Shown: piece by piece, positions 10,502 through 21,331 of the stretch
Layout of the letters: each line of letters begins with the position of its first letter
Position numbering within the stretch: position 1 is the stretch's first letter
NCBI GenBank assembly: GCA_036821185.1
Contig: DAISKD010000001.1
Coordinates: forward strand, 505,934-569,933
DNA length: 64,000 bases
Source of the DNA: Chloroflexota bacterium
GTDB lineage: Bacteria > Chloroflexota > Dehalococcoidia > GIF9 > UBA5629
Direction of reading: 5' to 3'
Made by a program: the position numbers and the translations under genes
The notes under the pieces: generated by a model
Databases searched by the model: none
The model's input: the letters and a program-made list of their open reading frames with translations, nothing else
Told to the model about the DNA's origin: nothing

Positions 10502-12253
10502 GTGAAGATGACGACCAAAATGTGGTGGCTTTCTACTTTTCTTGTTTGGGTATTAATTGTCGCTTTGTTAAGTGGTAGCTGTGCCCGGGGGGGGGTTGGA
10601 GATAAGGCAGCCCTGGAGAAGGAGAAACCAGAATACGGCGGAATTATTACGCTGGGCGTTACTGCTGACCCTTCAGCATTCGATGATGCCATCCAGCCCC
10701 AAGCATACTGCGCTACCCTAGCCTATACCCATGAGGACCTCCTCACGGGGGACTGGACAAAAGGAAAGGCTGGTGGCTATGGCACTGGAGAGTGCGACTT
10801 TACCGCCTCATCGAATAACCGCCTGAAATATGCAACAGGTTGTCTAGCTGAGACCTGGGAAATAAAGGGAAGAGATACCATAGTCCTTCATATCCGCAAA
10901 GGGGTGAAATGGCATAACAAGCCACCAACAAACGGACGAGAGCTTACAGCAGACGATGTCGTCTTCTCCTTAAAACGCCAGTGCACATTGCCCACGGCAT
11001 ATTTTAAGAGAACATATCCTAAAGCGGCCGCGACCACTGAGATTTCGGCCACCGACCCTTACACTGTCGTCATCAAGTGCACACCTGAGAACTTTGTCGA
11101 TGTAGTTACCGTGATGCTTGACTTTATGAAAATATACCCGCGGGACGCCATAGAGCAATTCGGTGATATGAACAACCCTAAGAACAGCATCGGCAGTGGT
11201 CCGTTCATGCTGACTGAATTTGTACCCAGCAGCGCTGCATCCTATGTACGCAACCCGGACTATTGGGGGAAAAACCCGATCGGTCCCGGAAAAGGTGACC
11301 AGATACCATATGTTGACGGCGTCAAAGTGCTAAACCTTGGTGACGAGTCCGCCATCCATGCCGCTTTTCGCACCGGTCAGCTCGACAGGGTCTCCGCCGA
11401 TTGGGAGCAAGCGCAGGAATATCTGCGCATGCCACAGCTGAAACATATTAGATACATCCCGGACAGCGGCCAAGCATGCATCTACATGAGGACAGACAAA
11501 AAGGACTCTCCGTTTGCCGACAAAAGGGTACGTCAAGCGCTCTGGCTGGCTATAGATAACAAGAGGGTAGTCGATGATTACTACGGTGGTAATGCTGTAT
11601 TGCTCAAATGGCCCATCACACCGGTAAAGGAATTCATGGACATTTATGTGCCTCTGGACCAAATGCCAAAGTCGGTGCAAGAGCTTTTTGAGTACAACCC
11701 GGAAAAAGCAAAACAGCTTCTAGCCGAGGCCGGTTATCCTAACGGTTTCAAAGCCAAGATAATCTGCTACAACAGCCGTGTCTACTTGGACCCGCTGCAG
11801 ATGGTTAAAGACATGTGGGCCAAAGTAGGTGTCGAGCTGGAAATCCAGCCTAAGGACTGGGGCACCTTTACCAGCCTCTCGATACGGCGCGCCTACGATG
11901 AAATGATGTTCGGTGGCTACGCCGGCGCCGGCACTTACCTCAAGGCGATAAACTACACTGGACCTGGTATGTATAACGGTAGCTATGTGAACGACCCAGT
12001 GCTCAACAAGGCACGTGATGAAATGGCAGCGGCTTACCCTGACGAGGCTAAGGTGGCTGAAATACACCGGCAGATGCTGCCCTATCTTTTAGAGCAAGCT
12101 TATGTCATCGCACTGCCAGCCCCATACTATTATACGTTCTGGTGGCCGTGGCTCAAGAACTACAACGGCGAGCTGTCATTAGGTTACTACAATGGCGGGC
12201 TCAGATACGCTTGGATCGACCAAGAACTGAAGAATTCAATGCTGAGTAAGTAA
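10502..12253 (+). CDS. ABC transporter substrate-binding protein, family 5 (peptide/nickel/opine type), probably a lipoprotein
   Basis: A signal peptide with a lipobox-like LLSGSC is present. The 583-aa length and the composition fit a family-5 solute-binding protein. No cognate permease or ATPase genes are adjacent, so it is an orphan. Confidence 0.75.
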   Translation: MKMTTKMWWLSTFLVWVLIVALLSGSCARGGVGDKAALEKEKPEYGGIITLGVTADPSAFDDAIQPQAYCATLAYTHEDLLTGDWTKGKAGGYGTGECDFTASSNNRLKYATGCLAETWEIKGRDTIVLHIRKGVKWHNKPPTNGRELTADDVVFSLKRQCTLPTAYFKRTYPKAAATTEISATDPYTVVIKCTPENFVDVVTVMLDFMKIYPRDAIEQFGDMNNPKNSIGSGPFMLTEFVPSSAASYVRNPDYWGKNPIGPGKGDQIPYVDGVKVLNLGDESAIHAAFRTGQLDRVSADWEQAQEYLRMPQLKHIRYIPDSGQACIYMRTDKKDSPFADKRVRQALWLAIDNKRVVDDYYGGNAVLLKWPITPVKEFMDIYVPLDQMPKSVQELFEYNPEKAKQLLAEAGYPNGFKAKIICYNSRVYLDPLQMVKDMWAKVGVELEIQPKDWGTFTSLSIRRAYDEMMFGGYAGAGTYLKAINYTGPGMYNGSYVNDPVLNKARDEMAAAYPDEAKVAEIHRQMLPYLLEQAYVIALPAPYYYTFWWPWLKNYNGELSLGYYNGGLRYAWIDQELKNSMLSK

Positions 12254-12356
12254 AAATTTTATACGGCTGTCGCCAGACATATCCTTGCAAAACGGGGCTG
12301 AGGGCCTGACGACAATTCTGAAATTTGCGCCGCCGGGGTGACCAGCACGGGCCGCG

Positions 12357-13772
12357 CTATTCAATAGCATACAGACTGCCATCGTCTGTACCGATATAAA
12401 CCACCCCTCGGCTCACACTTGGAGAGGAAGTAACTGGACTGTTAACACGAAACTTCCACAGCACCTCGCCGGTCTCAGTGTTCAAAGCATAAAGGACCCC
12501 TCTCCCGGTGCCCAGATAAATACTGTTCCCACAATTGGCAACACAACCTATGACCACACCATCCGATGCAAACTCCCAACGCTTCTCTTGGGTTGCCAGA
12601 CTAATGGCCACCAGTTTATTCATAGCAGCAATATATAGCGTGTCATCTGTCACCAACGGGGAAGACTCTATTCTGCCCGCTATTCTAGCTCCCCATAGAT
12701 ACCCCGATTGTGGTGGCGGTTCAGGTACAGGAAGCCCGAAGGCATAAGCTTGCAGCCAGTAAGGTTTGAGCTCATGTTCCCAAGGGAAATTGCATGCTTT
12801 GCCATCGAAGGCAAAGATGCGCCCGCTAAAGCTGCTGCAATATACTACGCCACGGCTTACTGCTGGCGAAGAAGGTACCGGTGAATATGCTTTGAAGCGG
12901 AGACGAAGTTTGCCGCTCCGTCCATCTACAGCATAGCAAAAGCCGTCGTTCGAACCTACATACACTATACCATCGGCCACTGCAGGCGACGATGCTACAT
13001 AACCACCGGTCTCCAACTGCCACAGCTTTACCCCCCTTACCGCATGCAGGGCATAAAGCGAATAATCATCAGCCCCAAAATACACCACATCGCCGGCCAC
13101 AGCCGGTGACGACCTGACAGGATAGCCCACCCTGAACTCCCATAGCTTTTCCCCAGTATCTACTTTGACAGCATGTAGTTTGCCGTCGTTTGAACCCACA
13201 TAGACAATCCCGTTGGCAACAGCAGGTGAAGATTCCACCCAGGAGCCAGTCAAATATTCCCAGCGCTTCGTCCCAGTCGCTGCATCTAGGGCGTAGAGTC
13301 TATGGTCTCGGGCGCCAGAATAGACGGTATCACCAGCTATCGCCGGCGACGAGTGGATTGCACCGCCGGCGCGGAAGACCCATTTCAGGTTGCCCGACGG
13401 CAATGTGTTACTCGAAGGAGAACAGCCTGTTCGCGCCAGATTATGACGGAACATAGCCCATTCCCCAGGCGAAGAGTTAGAATTCATCCATGCTGGCGGC
13501 TTGACTATAACATCAGTACAGTAATACAAGACCACACCGACAACCGAGAACATCGCTATGAGTGCGCCGAGACAAACAGCTAATAATCTAATCCGCCTAC
13601 GCGACCTTACCCGTAACGACTGCCGTCTTGCCTCCTCCTCCAGTTCTTCAAGGGACACGACCCTGCCGCGCAACAGCGACCAGCAATGCTGGCAGAAAGT
13701 TCTACCTACCGGCGTGGGCTTTTGGCATAGCGCACAGATCACCACAAATCCGTTTTTAGCCTCTTGTCCCAT
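12357..13772 (-). CDS. PQQ-repeat beta-propeller protein with an N-terminal zinc ribbon and a single TM helix
   Basis: The N-terminus carries CALCQKPTPVGRTFCQHCW (CxxC...CxxC). It is followed by the TM segment LLAVCLGALIAMFSVVGVVLYY and then at least 8 repeats of the form G.VY.GS.DG.LYA. Confidence 0.7.
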   Translation of the reverse strand: MGQEAKNGFVVICALCQKPTPVGRTFCQHCWSLLRGRVVSLEELEEEARRQSLRVRSRRRIRLLAVCLGALIAMFSVVGVVLYYCTDVIVKPPAWMNSNSSPGEWAMFRHNLARTGCSPSSNTLPSGNLKWVFRAGGAIHSSPAIAGDTVYSGARDHRLYALDAATGTKRWEYLTGSWVESSPAVANGIVYVGSNDGKLHAVKVDTGEKLWEFRVGYPVRSSPAVAGDVVYFGADDYSLYALHAVRGVKLWQLETGGYVASSPAVADGIVYVGSNDGFCYAVDGRSGKLRLRFKAYSPVPSSPAVSRGVVYCSSFSGRIFAFDGKACNFPWEHELKPYWLQAYAFGLPVPEPPPQSGYLWGARIAGRIESSPLVTDDTLYIAAMNKLVAISLATQEKRWEFASDGVVIGCVANCGNSIYLGTGRGVLYALNTETGEVLWKFRVNSPVTSSPSVSRGVVYIGTDDGSLYAIE

Positions 13773-14102
13773 ACACTATTATCCTTGCCTGAACCGCCTC
13801 GCGCCATTATAACAAAACCTGATTGAAATTGCTTCCATAATTAGATACTCGGACCATCAAAACTGTCAAAAGAGGGCGCCAGTTTACTCTGAAAAGCAAA
13901 ACTCAACAACATGCTTCAGCTCGCATCATCACCGGACAGTACTAAAAATCTTCTCCTGAACTTTTCCCCGACTTTGTTATGACTTGACAAGAGATATGCA
14001 CAATAGCTAACATTACACTGCCTTTGAGCTATTGCTGACCGGGGAATCCCGCGGCGTCGTCAGCAATGTGTCAAGACCACAACAACAATCAAGGAGGGAC
14101 TT

Positions 14103-15320
14103 ATGACTACTGATACAGCGAAGCTGGAAGCGTTTCGGAAGGAGGTGCGTGCCTGGCTTAGAGCAAATCTTCCCAAAGGATGGGGGACCCCAGAGTATAA
14201 GGCACCAGACCCCTTTAGCCGGGAAGCCCACGAGCTGGGTAAGTGGTGGCAGAAAAAACTGTATGAAGCCGGGTACACCGGTTTCGGCTATCCACCGGAA
14301 TACGGCGGTATCGTCAGACCACTAGAGGAAATAGCCATCATCCGCGAAGAGCTCGCCCGGCATGGGACACCCCCGGGACCACAATCACTAGGCTTTCTGG
14401 TAGCAGCGCCAGCACTTCTGGCGCATGGTCAGGAGTGGCAGAAGAAGCGTTTCATACCCAAAATACTGAGCGGAGAGGAGAGCTGGGCAGAATATTTCTC
14501 TGAACCAAATGCTGGCTCAGACATCGCCAACATTCAGACTACCGCGGTAAAAGACGGCGATGAATGGGTGATAAACGGCCAGAAGATCTGGACAAGCATG
14601 TGGGAGTTTGCTGACTTCGGACTTATAGCCTGCAAGTCAGACCCAAATGCACCACGGCATCGCAATCTGACCTGTTTCATCGTCGATTGTCACAGCCCAG
14701 GCCTCACTAAACTGCCGCTAAGACAAATGACCGGCAACGCAGAGTTCGGCGAGGAATACTTCGATAATGTGCGTGTGCCTGACAAAAACCGGGTAGGAGA
14801 GGTCAATCAGGGCTGGGCTGTTGTGCTCACTGCCCTTATGTCTGAGAGAAGCGGTGGCGGTGCCTTCTGGGGTGGAGGCGCCGCAGCAATGGCTGGCACC
14901 AGCCTAAGTGCCGCCATGGTCAGAGCAGTCGTCGACCTCGCCAAAGAGACACGCCGCTTTGGCAAGGTAGTCTGGGAGGACCCGGCCTTCAGGCAGAAGA
15001 TCGCCCAGATGGCCATAGAGGCTGAAGCTATGAGGTGCAGTGGGCAGCGCATGGTGGCCCGAATGCGCAAGGGATGGAGGCCCACCAACGAAGCATCAAT
15101 AGTGAAGAACTTTCAAGCCGAGATGAGAGTGCGTAACGGCGATATCATCATGGAAATCATCGGCGCCTACTCACAGTTGAACAGAGATTCAAAAAGAGCT
15201 CTTAACGGTGGTGATTGGGTGTACCAGATGCTAAGAGCCAGAGGCGCCACCATCGAGATGGGCACCTCTGAAGTCAACCGCAATATCATTGCCGAGAGAG
15301 TCCTCGGGTTGCCGCGATAA
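14103..15320 (+). CDS. Acyl-CoA dehydrogenase
   Basis: The protein shows the ACAD fold with N-terminal, middle and C-terminal domains. A ribosome-binding site AAGGAGGG is present. The protein is 405 aa. Confidence 0.85.
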   Translation: MTTDTAKLEAFRKEVRAWLRANLPKGWGTPEYKAPDPFSREAHELGKWWQKKLYEAGYTGFGYPPEYGGIVRPLEEIAIIREELARHGTPPGPQSLGFLVAAPALLAHGQEWQKKRFIPKILSGEESWAEYFSEPNAGSDIANIQTTAVKDGDEWVINGQKIWTSMWEFADFGLIACKSDPNAPRHRNLTCFIVDCHSPGLTKLPLRQMTGNAEFGEEYFDNVRVPDKNRVGEVNQGWAVVLTALMSERSGGGAFWGGGAAAMAGTSLSAAMVRAVVDLAKETRRFGKVVWEDPAFRQKIAQMAIEAEAMRCSGQRMVARMRKGWRPTNEASIVKNFQAEMRVRNGDIIMEIIGAYSQLNRDSKRALNGGDWVYQMLRARGATIEMGTSEVNRNIIAERVLGLPR

Positions 15321-15348
15321 GCAAAATAAGGATCAGGATGAAAGGAGA

Positions 15349-16491
15349 ATGACAATGGAATGGGCACTCACTGAAGAGCAGGAAATGCTGAAGACCATGG
15401 CCCGTGACTTCATGGAAAAAGAGTGTACCAGAAGTCATGTGCGGGCAATGATAGAGGATGAGGTCGGCTATTCCCGGGATCTTTGGAAGAAAATGGCGGA
15501 ACTGGGATGGCTGGGGCTCATCTTCCCAGAGCAGTTTGGCGGTCAAGCCATGACCTTCAGAGACCTGACTGTCCTCTGTGAAGAGATGGGGCGCTCGCTG
15601 TTACCTAGCCCCTTCATCTCCACGGTAATACTATGCGGCTTACCTATCCTTTTCGCCGGTTCGGAACAGCAAAAGAAGGAATACTTATCAAAAATAGCCG
15701 AAGGAAATGCCACTTTCGCTCTCGCCGTGCTTGAGGAAGATGGCGATTTCTGGCCAGGTGGCATCAAGATGAGAGCTGAACAACGTGGCAATGAGTATAT
15801 TCTAAACGGCACCAAGATGTTCGTCTGGGATGCCAAAGCTGCGGACTATTTCCTTCTGGCTGCCCGCACCCGGTCCAGCCATGACCCCGAAGATGGTATC
15901 ACCCTCTTTATCGTAGACGCCAAGGAATGGGGCGTCTACGTCAGTCCGCTAAACAATATCGATACGCTTAGAAAACAGTCGGAAGTAGTATTCACCAATG
16001 TACCTGTCCCTGTAGAGAACATTGTTGGCGAACTGCACAAAGGCTGGGAACCTTTGAAGAAAATGTCCCTCTATGCCACTGCGGCTTTGTGCGCTGAAAT
16101 GGTCGGCTGCGGCGAAAAAGTACTTGATATGACTGTTGCTTACGCCAAAGAGCGTATAGCCTACGGCGTGCCCATTGGCAGCTTCCAGGCGATCAAGCAC
16201 AAGTGCGCTGATATGCTCAGCGGACTGGAATATGCTCGATCGCTCATGGAATGGGCCTGTCTGGCACTGAGCGAGGACTCGCCAGAGGCCCCCTTAGCTG
16301 TCTCTATGGCCAAGGCTTACTGTGGCGATGTCTGCAAGAAGGTCTGCGATGAGGGCGTCCAGATCCACGGCGGCATCGGCTTCTCCTGGGAACACGATAT
16401 GCATCTCTACTTCAAACGGGTGAGGACAAACGACACCGCTTTCGGGGGCAGCACCTTCCACCGCGAGCTGGTTGCCCAAATGCTCGAATAG
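15349..16491 (+). CDS. Acyl-CoA dehydrogenase (start trimmed to MTMEW, which has an AAAGGAG ribosome-binding site)
   Basis: ACAD motifs are present (GG.AMT, the C-terminal Glu region and IHGGIGFSWEH). The ORF-track start at 15289 overlaps the upstream gene. Confidence 0.85.
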   Translation: MTMEWALTEEQEMLKTMARDFMEKECTRSHVRAMIEDEVGYSRDLWKKMAELGWLGLIFPEQFGGQAMTFRDLTVLCEEMGRSLLPSPFISTVILCGLPILFAGSEQQKKEYLSKIAEGNATFALAVLEEDGDFWPGGIKMRAEQRGNEYILNGTKMFVWDAKAADYFLLAARTRSSHDPEDGITLFIVDAKEWGVYVSPLNNIDTLRKQSEVVFTNVPVPVENIVGELHKGWEPLKKMSLYATAALCAEMVGCGEKVLDMTVAYAKERIAYGVPIGSFQAIKHKCADMLSGLEYARSLMEWACLALSEDSPEAPLAVSMAKAYCGDVCKKVCDEGVQIHGGIGFSWEHDMHLYFKRVRTNDTAFGGSTFHRELVAQMLE

Positions 16492-16518
16492 AGCAATCGC
16501 ACGTTTACAAAAAATATT

Positions 16519-16550
16519 AGTGCCCGGCCTAATTTGTCAGGCCGGGCACT
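16519..16550. terminator. Bidirectional terminator hairpin between the convergent ACAD and MFS genes
   Basis: A 12-bp stem AGTGCCCGGCCT-N8-AGGCCGGGCACT is present. Confidence 0.5.
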
Positions 16551-16568
16551 ACCTTTATCCCAGCAATT

Positions 16569-17990
16569 TTATATGCCCAGCGCCTTTTCCTGGGGCGACT
16601 TTGGTGGTGTGATCAGCAGAGCAAGCAAGCTGCCTGCAGTAAGTAGCCCTGCAACCACTTTGAAAGCGATCATATAACTACCAGTGGTATCAAATACCCA
16701 GCCAGCCCATATAGGGGCAACTATACCCGCAGGTAACATGAGCAACTGTCCTATGCCCATCATCCGGCCGATTGCCATTCTGCCAAAGAGCCGCACTCTC
16801 ACCGGCATCATTATGCCAAAACCGATGCCAAAGCCAACACCATATAACAGGAACCAGACATATATCATCGCCTCGGTCTGGTGCAACAGAAAGGAACCAA
16901 ACGCTATAGCCTGGAGCGAATATGCAGCAAATATCAAGAAACGGAGGTGTTTTTTCTTCATACGGTCAACGATATAGCCGCCGAAAAACCTGGCAGGTAT
17001 ACTCACCAGCACCATAAGAGAGAGCATCCGCGCCGCCTTAACGGGGTCAAAACCGCTATCTGTCAAGAAGGGAATGCTATGTATGCTTATAACCGGTGCC
17101 GCCAGGAAATGGCACATCCCCGATATGAGAAGAAGCCAGTAAGCCGGTGACTTTAAGATCTGCGTCAGGGTGAAATCGAACTCGCTCACCTCAGCCGCAT
17201 ACCTGCGCCCTTTCTCCACCATATCTTCGCCACCCACTTCGTCAGCACTGGCACCGTCAGGTAACATGCCATAATGCTCCGGTGGGTGCTGCCTGATGAA
17301 AAACCACACCAGTGGAACACCGACGACAAGCATCGTCACGCCACCGATCAAGCAGGTCATCCGCCAGCCTACCACCGTTATCAACCAGGCAACAAGAGGT
17401 AAAACCACCACACCGGAGAGGCCGGAAAATATCAAAAGAATACCATTGGCTACACCACGCCTCCTGACAAACCATCGTGCCACCGTCGCCTGTAACGGTA
17501 TTGCCAGGGCAAGGTCCATGCCGATAGCCAGCAAGACTCCCCACACCACAATGAAGGACCAGAAAGAGTTCACCAAGCTCATTAGAGAAAAGCACACACC
17601 TATAAGGAATACCCCGAAAAGGATCAGCCATCTGGGGCCAAACCTATCGGTAAGCCAGCCAGCAACAATTGCTATAGCCCCGCCTTCTATTCTGCCGATG
17701 CTGGCTGGTATGGTTGTGAATGCACGGCTTAACCCCAGCTCCTCAGAAATCGGCTTGAACAACGCAGAAAAACCATATGCATGATAGCCATATCCCCATA
17801 AGGACAGAAAGCCACCGGTGAGTATTAACCACCACCCGGGAAAAGTGCCCTGAAGTTTTGCTGCCCTCAGTACCGCCGATCTGGCCGCTGGGTCCTGTGT
17901 GTTTGCAGTGGTCCTGTTGAAGTTGAAACGCACTGAATTGTCCCCTTTTGCTAGCCTCATTCCTGGCTCCGGGTGCTTGCTAGAATACAC
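16569..17990 (-). CDS. MFS transporter
   Basis: The protein has 12 predicted TM helices, an MFS-like loop motif and the sequence GRIEGGAIAIVAGWLTDRFGPR. The exact start is uncertain. Confidence 0.75.
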   Translation of the reverse strand: MYSSKHPEPGMRLAKGDNSVRFNFNRTTANTQDPAARSAVLRAAKLQGTFPGWWLILTGGFLSLWGYGYHAYGFSALFKPISEELGLSRAFTTIPASIGRIEGGAIAIVAGWLTDRFGPRWLILFGVFLIGVCFSLMSLVNSFWSFIVVWGVLLAIGMDLALAIPLQATVARWFVRRRGVANGILLIFSGLSGVVVLPLVAWLITVVGWRMTCLIGGVTMLVVGVPLVWFFIRQHPPEHYGMLPDGASADEVGGEDMVEKGRRYAAEVSEFDFTLTQILKSPAYWLLLISGMCHFLAAPVISIHSIPFLTDSGFDPVKAARMLSLMVLVSIPARFFGGYIVDRMKKKHLRFLIFAAYSLQAIAFGSFLLHQTEAMIYVWFLLYGVGFGIGFGIMMPVRVRLFGRMAIGRMMGIGQLLMLPAGIVAPIWAGWVFDTTGSYMIAFKVVAGLLTAGSLLALLITPPKSPQEKALGI

Positions 17991-18195
17991 AGCTTATCCA
18001 GGCAGCACCCTTCAGGCTGGTAAGGCGTGCATATTTTATTCCTTACCTGACCCGTCCTTCAAGTTTCTATACCACCTCTGCTTGTGTAAGCTTTCACCAA
18101 AAGCTATAATTCTCATCACCGGGATGGAAGAGGCTGCTTCGTAGCATTGCCTAAGCAACACCGTTCTTCCACTTCATAAAATGGTGTAAGCACCG

Positions 18196-18885
18196 ATGCC
18201 ACAAAAGGATGTCTGCATAGTCTTGCCCGCCCTGAATGAAGAAGCGACCATAGGCAGGGTCATCGCTGAGATCCCGCGGCAAACACTTGAAGAACAGGGA
18301 TACCGTGTGACCATCGTGGTGGTCGATAACGGCAGCACCGATGGCACCGGACAAATCGCCCGGCAAAGCGGCGCTGAGCTCATAGTCGAACCGCGCAGAG
18401 GTAAAGGCAGAGCAGTTAGGACCGCATTTGAACAAATTAAAGCCGACTTTATTTTTATGCTGGACTCTGACTATACTTACCCGGCGACCTACATTCCCCA
18501 AATGCTAGAACTTCTAGAGCAGGGCTTCCCCGCAGTCATCGGCTCAAGGCTCAAAGGCAAGATAGAGCCAGGAGCGATGAGCTGCCTTAACCGGATAGGC
18601 AACCACCTTCTCGCCTGGCTGGCGAGCGTCCTCTACTGGAAGAAGATCAGCGACCTTTGCACCGGCTTCTGGGGCTTCCGTGGAGAAGTCATTAAGATGC
18701 TTGACTTACAGGCTCACGGCTTCGATCTCGAAGCTGAAATGTTCACACAGCTCGCCAAAAAAGGCTATCGCATAGCTGAGGTCCCCATCCACTACCGTTC
18801 CCGCCCCACAAAGGCTAAACTGAACTCACTTAAGGATGGGATCAAGATCGGTTGGAGACTGCTCACCCGACGCTTTTCTGGTTAA
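18196..18885 (+). CDS. Family 2 glycosyltransferase (dolichyl-phosphate/polyprenol-phosphate sugar transferase-like)
   Basis: The N-terminus carries VLPALNEE, and the DxD-type motifs VVDNGSTDGT and MLDSD are present. Confidence 0.8.
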   Translation: MPQKDVCIVLPALNEEATIGRVIAEIPRQTLEEQGYRVTIVVVDNGSTDGTGQIARQSGAELIVEPRRGKGRAVRTAFEQIKADFIFMLDSDYTYPATYIPQMLELLEQGFPAVIGSRLKGKIEPGAMSCLNRIGNHLLAWLASVLYWKKISDLCTGFWGFRGEVIKMLDLQAHGFDLEAEMFTQLAKKGYRIAEVPIHYRSRPTKAKLNSLKDGIKIGWRLLTRRFSG

Positions 18886-19558
18886 ACTCGCTCCCGATGT
18901 CCAGCCACACCTCAGAGAAAGTGTAAGCCCGCACGTCTTCCCTGCTCACCAGATAGGCAATAAAACTACCTAAATTGTCCTTCTCACCCAGACTGTGATA
19001 CTCCGACAGCACAGAAAACACCCGCGGCGGCAGGACATAGATTGCCGTGGCAACCAAGCTGGACCGCGGCCGGGCCGGTTTCTCTTCAAACTCCACAATG
19101 CGGTTACCATCGAGCCTCACCACCCCGAACTGCGTTGCCCGGCTCCTGTCACCAATATCATGCACCGCCACCAACACATTCCTCCCATCATAAGCAGCGA
19201 TGAACTTAGTCAAATCAAACTCAAAATAGTTGTCCCCGGCGATGACCAATAGGTCGTCGGCAAATTTTTTCTCCTTTACCCAAAAGTCAAGCGAGCCCAC
19301 CGCTCCTTTCTTCTGTTCCTCGCTCCATACGTCCTCGACACAGACCTCAACCCGCCTGCTGATAAATTTCTGCCACTGGCGAAAATCAGCTTCAAACCTC
19401 CGGTTGCAACAGACGAATACCTCCACATCCGTGGGCACCTTCTCCACAATATGAGTCAGCAGCGGCTTGCCTTTGTATTCAAGCAAAGCTTTGGCTTTCT
19501 GGACAGTCAGGGGATAAAGGCGCGTGCCGAAGCCGCTGGCAAGGACCAGACATTTCAT
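18863..19558 (-). CDS. Sugar-phosphate nucleotidyltransferase (short form)
   Basis: The N-terminus MKCLVLASGFGTRLYPLT matches the G-x-G-T-R-L signature. Confidence 0.75.
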   Translation of the reverse strand: MKCLVLASGFGTRLYPLTVQKAKALLEYKGKPLLTHIVEKVPTDVEVFVCCNRRFEADFRQWQKFISRRVEVCVEDVWSEEQKKGAVGSLDFWVKEKKFADDLLVIAGDNYFEFDLTKFIAAYDGRNVLVAVHDIGDRSRATQFGVVRLDGNRIVEFEEKPARPRSSLVATAIYVLPPRVFSVLSEYHSLGEKDNLGSFIAYLVSREDVRAYTFSEVWLDIGSEFNQKSVG

Positions 19559-19605
19559 GTCGTCATATTATAAAAACAATGCACCGCCCTGGTAAACCGC
19601 CAGAC

Positions 19606-20139
19606 TTATGTCTTCCACAGACCCGCCACTGCCAGGGAGCATAACCCCACTCCGGCAATCACTGCCCCAACCCACCCCAAAAGGCAGAGACAGGTGACCA
19701 CCACACCAGCAATAATCACCCCCACTGCGATCGAAAGCAGGGCACGGCTGAACTTGACCCCTAACAGAAAAGCAGCTATCGACCCCGTCCAGGCACCGGT
19801 CATCGGTAGCGGTATAGCAACGAACAATGCCAGCCCTATCCTCTCATACCTTTCAATCATCCTTCCCTGGCGTCGGGTGCGCTGGAATACCCAGTCCACC
19901 AGCCTTTTACCGATGTCCACCCGGCTCACCCATCTGGCTATTGACTCCAGGAATAGCAACAAAAACGGCACCGGCAGCAAGTTGCCGGCTATCGCTAGAA
20001 GGAACGCCTTGTGCCATGGCATACCCATCAGGTTCATCGCCACAGGCAGGGCACCTCTGAGCTCCACCACCGGCAGCATCGAGAGCACGAACACCACCAC
20101 CTCCCGCGCCAACGGTGAGTCCAGTAGCTGTTCGACCAC
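19606..20139 (-). CDS. Small polytopic membrane protein of unknown function
   Basis: It is a 177-aa hydrophobic protein between the nucleotidyltransferase and rmlA. Confidence 0.4.
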   Translation of the reverse strand: MVEQLLDSPLAREVVVFVLSMLPVVELRGALPVAMNLMGMPWHKAFLLAIAGNLLPVPFLLLFLESIARWVSRVDIGKRLVDWVFQRTRRQGRMIERYERIGLALFVAIPLPMTGAWTGSIAAFLLGVKFSRALLSIAVGVIIAGVVVTCLCLLGWVGAVIAGVGLCSLAVAGLWKT

Positions 20140-20263
20140 CTTTACCAGTCCTTTCCAGTCAGCTCAAGCGCAATTATACCATCCAGCCACCGCCCTGCGT
20201 TGCCAGGCGGACAGCCCGACCTGTTTCTTGCGCGGGCAAAAACAAAGATATAATATATAGCCG

Positions 20264-21331
20264 ATGAAAGCGCTCATCCTGTCTGGTGGTAAGGGGACAA
20301 GGCTGAAACCTCTGACCAACACCATAGCCAAACAGCTCCTTCCGGTGGCAAACAAGCCCATCCTCCACTATGTTATGGAGCAGGTGGCTCAAACAGACAT
20401 AAAAGACATCGGGGTCATCATCTCGCCCGAGAGCGGGGACAAAATCAGAGAGTCCCTTGGCGATGGTGCCAGATGGGGCGCTCGCCTTACCTTCATAACC
20501 CAACCCCAGCCACTGGGACTTGCCCATGCCGTAAAGACAGCCCGAAAATTCCTGGGCGATTCCCCGTTTCTCATGTTCCTCGGCGATAACCTCATCCAGG
20601 GTGGCGTCGCAGACTTCGTCGCCGAGTTTGAGAGACACCAGCCCAGCGCTCTGGTGCTGCTCAAAGAGGTGGCAGACCCTCGCCTCTTCGGCGTCGCCGA
20701 ACTTGACGGCTCGGGCAAGGTCGTCCGCCTGGTGGAAAAGCCAAAAGAGCCGAAAAGTAACCTGGCGCTCGTCGGCATCTATCTCTTCTCCCCGGAAATT
20801 CACCAGGCCATAGACCAGATAGCGCCGTCATGGCGCGGGGAGTTGGAGATAACCGACGCCATTCAAAAGCTGCTGGACAACGGTAAGACAGTGCAAACCC
20901 ACATCTTAAAGGGCTGGTGGCTGGATACCGGGAAGAAGGACGACCTTCTGGAAGCCAACCGGGTGGTACTTGACGACCTCCTCGAACGAAATGTTAAAGG
21001 CGAGGTGGACGAGCGCAGCCAGGTCATCGGCAGGGTAGAAATCGGCGAAGGCACTAGGGTCGAGAACAGCACCATCAGGGGGCCGGTTGCCATCGCCGCC
21101 TCGTGCCATATAAAGGACTCATACATCGGTCCCTTCACCAGCATCGGCCCCGGCAGCAAGATCGAAAACTCGAGCATCGAACACTCGGTCATCCTGGAAA
21201 GCTGCTCGGTGTGCCACATCGAGCGGCTGGCAGATAGCGTCATCGGCAGGGGTGCCAGGGTGCTCAAGCAGGAACGGGGCTTCAAGGCCATAAAGCTGTT
21301 CGTCGGCGATGACACCGAGATCATCCTTTGA
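20264..21331 (+). CDS. rmlA: Glucose-1-phosphate thymidylyltransferase (long form with a C-terminal left-handed beta-helix)
   Basis: The N-terminus [18 protein letters not shown] is present. C-terminal hexapeptide repeats are present. The gene is followed by rmlC, rmlB and rmlD. Confidence 0.85.
   Translation: MKALILSGGKGTRLKPLTNTIAKQLLPVANKPILHYVMEQVAQTDIKDIGVIISPESGDKIRESLGDGARWGARLTFITQPQPLGLAHAVKTARKFLGDSPFLMFLGDNLIQGGVADFVAEFERHQPSALVLLKEVADPRLFGVAELDGSGKVVRLVEKPKEPKSNLALVGIYLFSPEIHQAIDQIAPSWRGELEITDAIQKLLDNGKTVQTHILKGWWLDTGKKDDLLEANRVVLDDLLERNVKGEVDERSQVIGRVEIGEGTRVENSTIRGPVAIAASCHIKDSYIGPFTSIGPGSKIENSSIEHSVILESCSVCHIERLADSVIGRGARVLKQERGFKAIKLFVGDDTEIIL

Noticed and set aside
15289-15348. 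Upstream extension of the second acyl-CoA dehydrogenase
   Set aside because: It overlaps the end of the first ACAD gene. The internal ATG at 15349 has a proper AAAGGAG ribosome-binding site.
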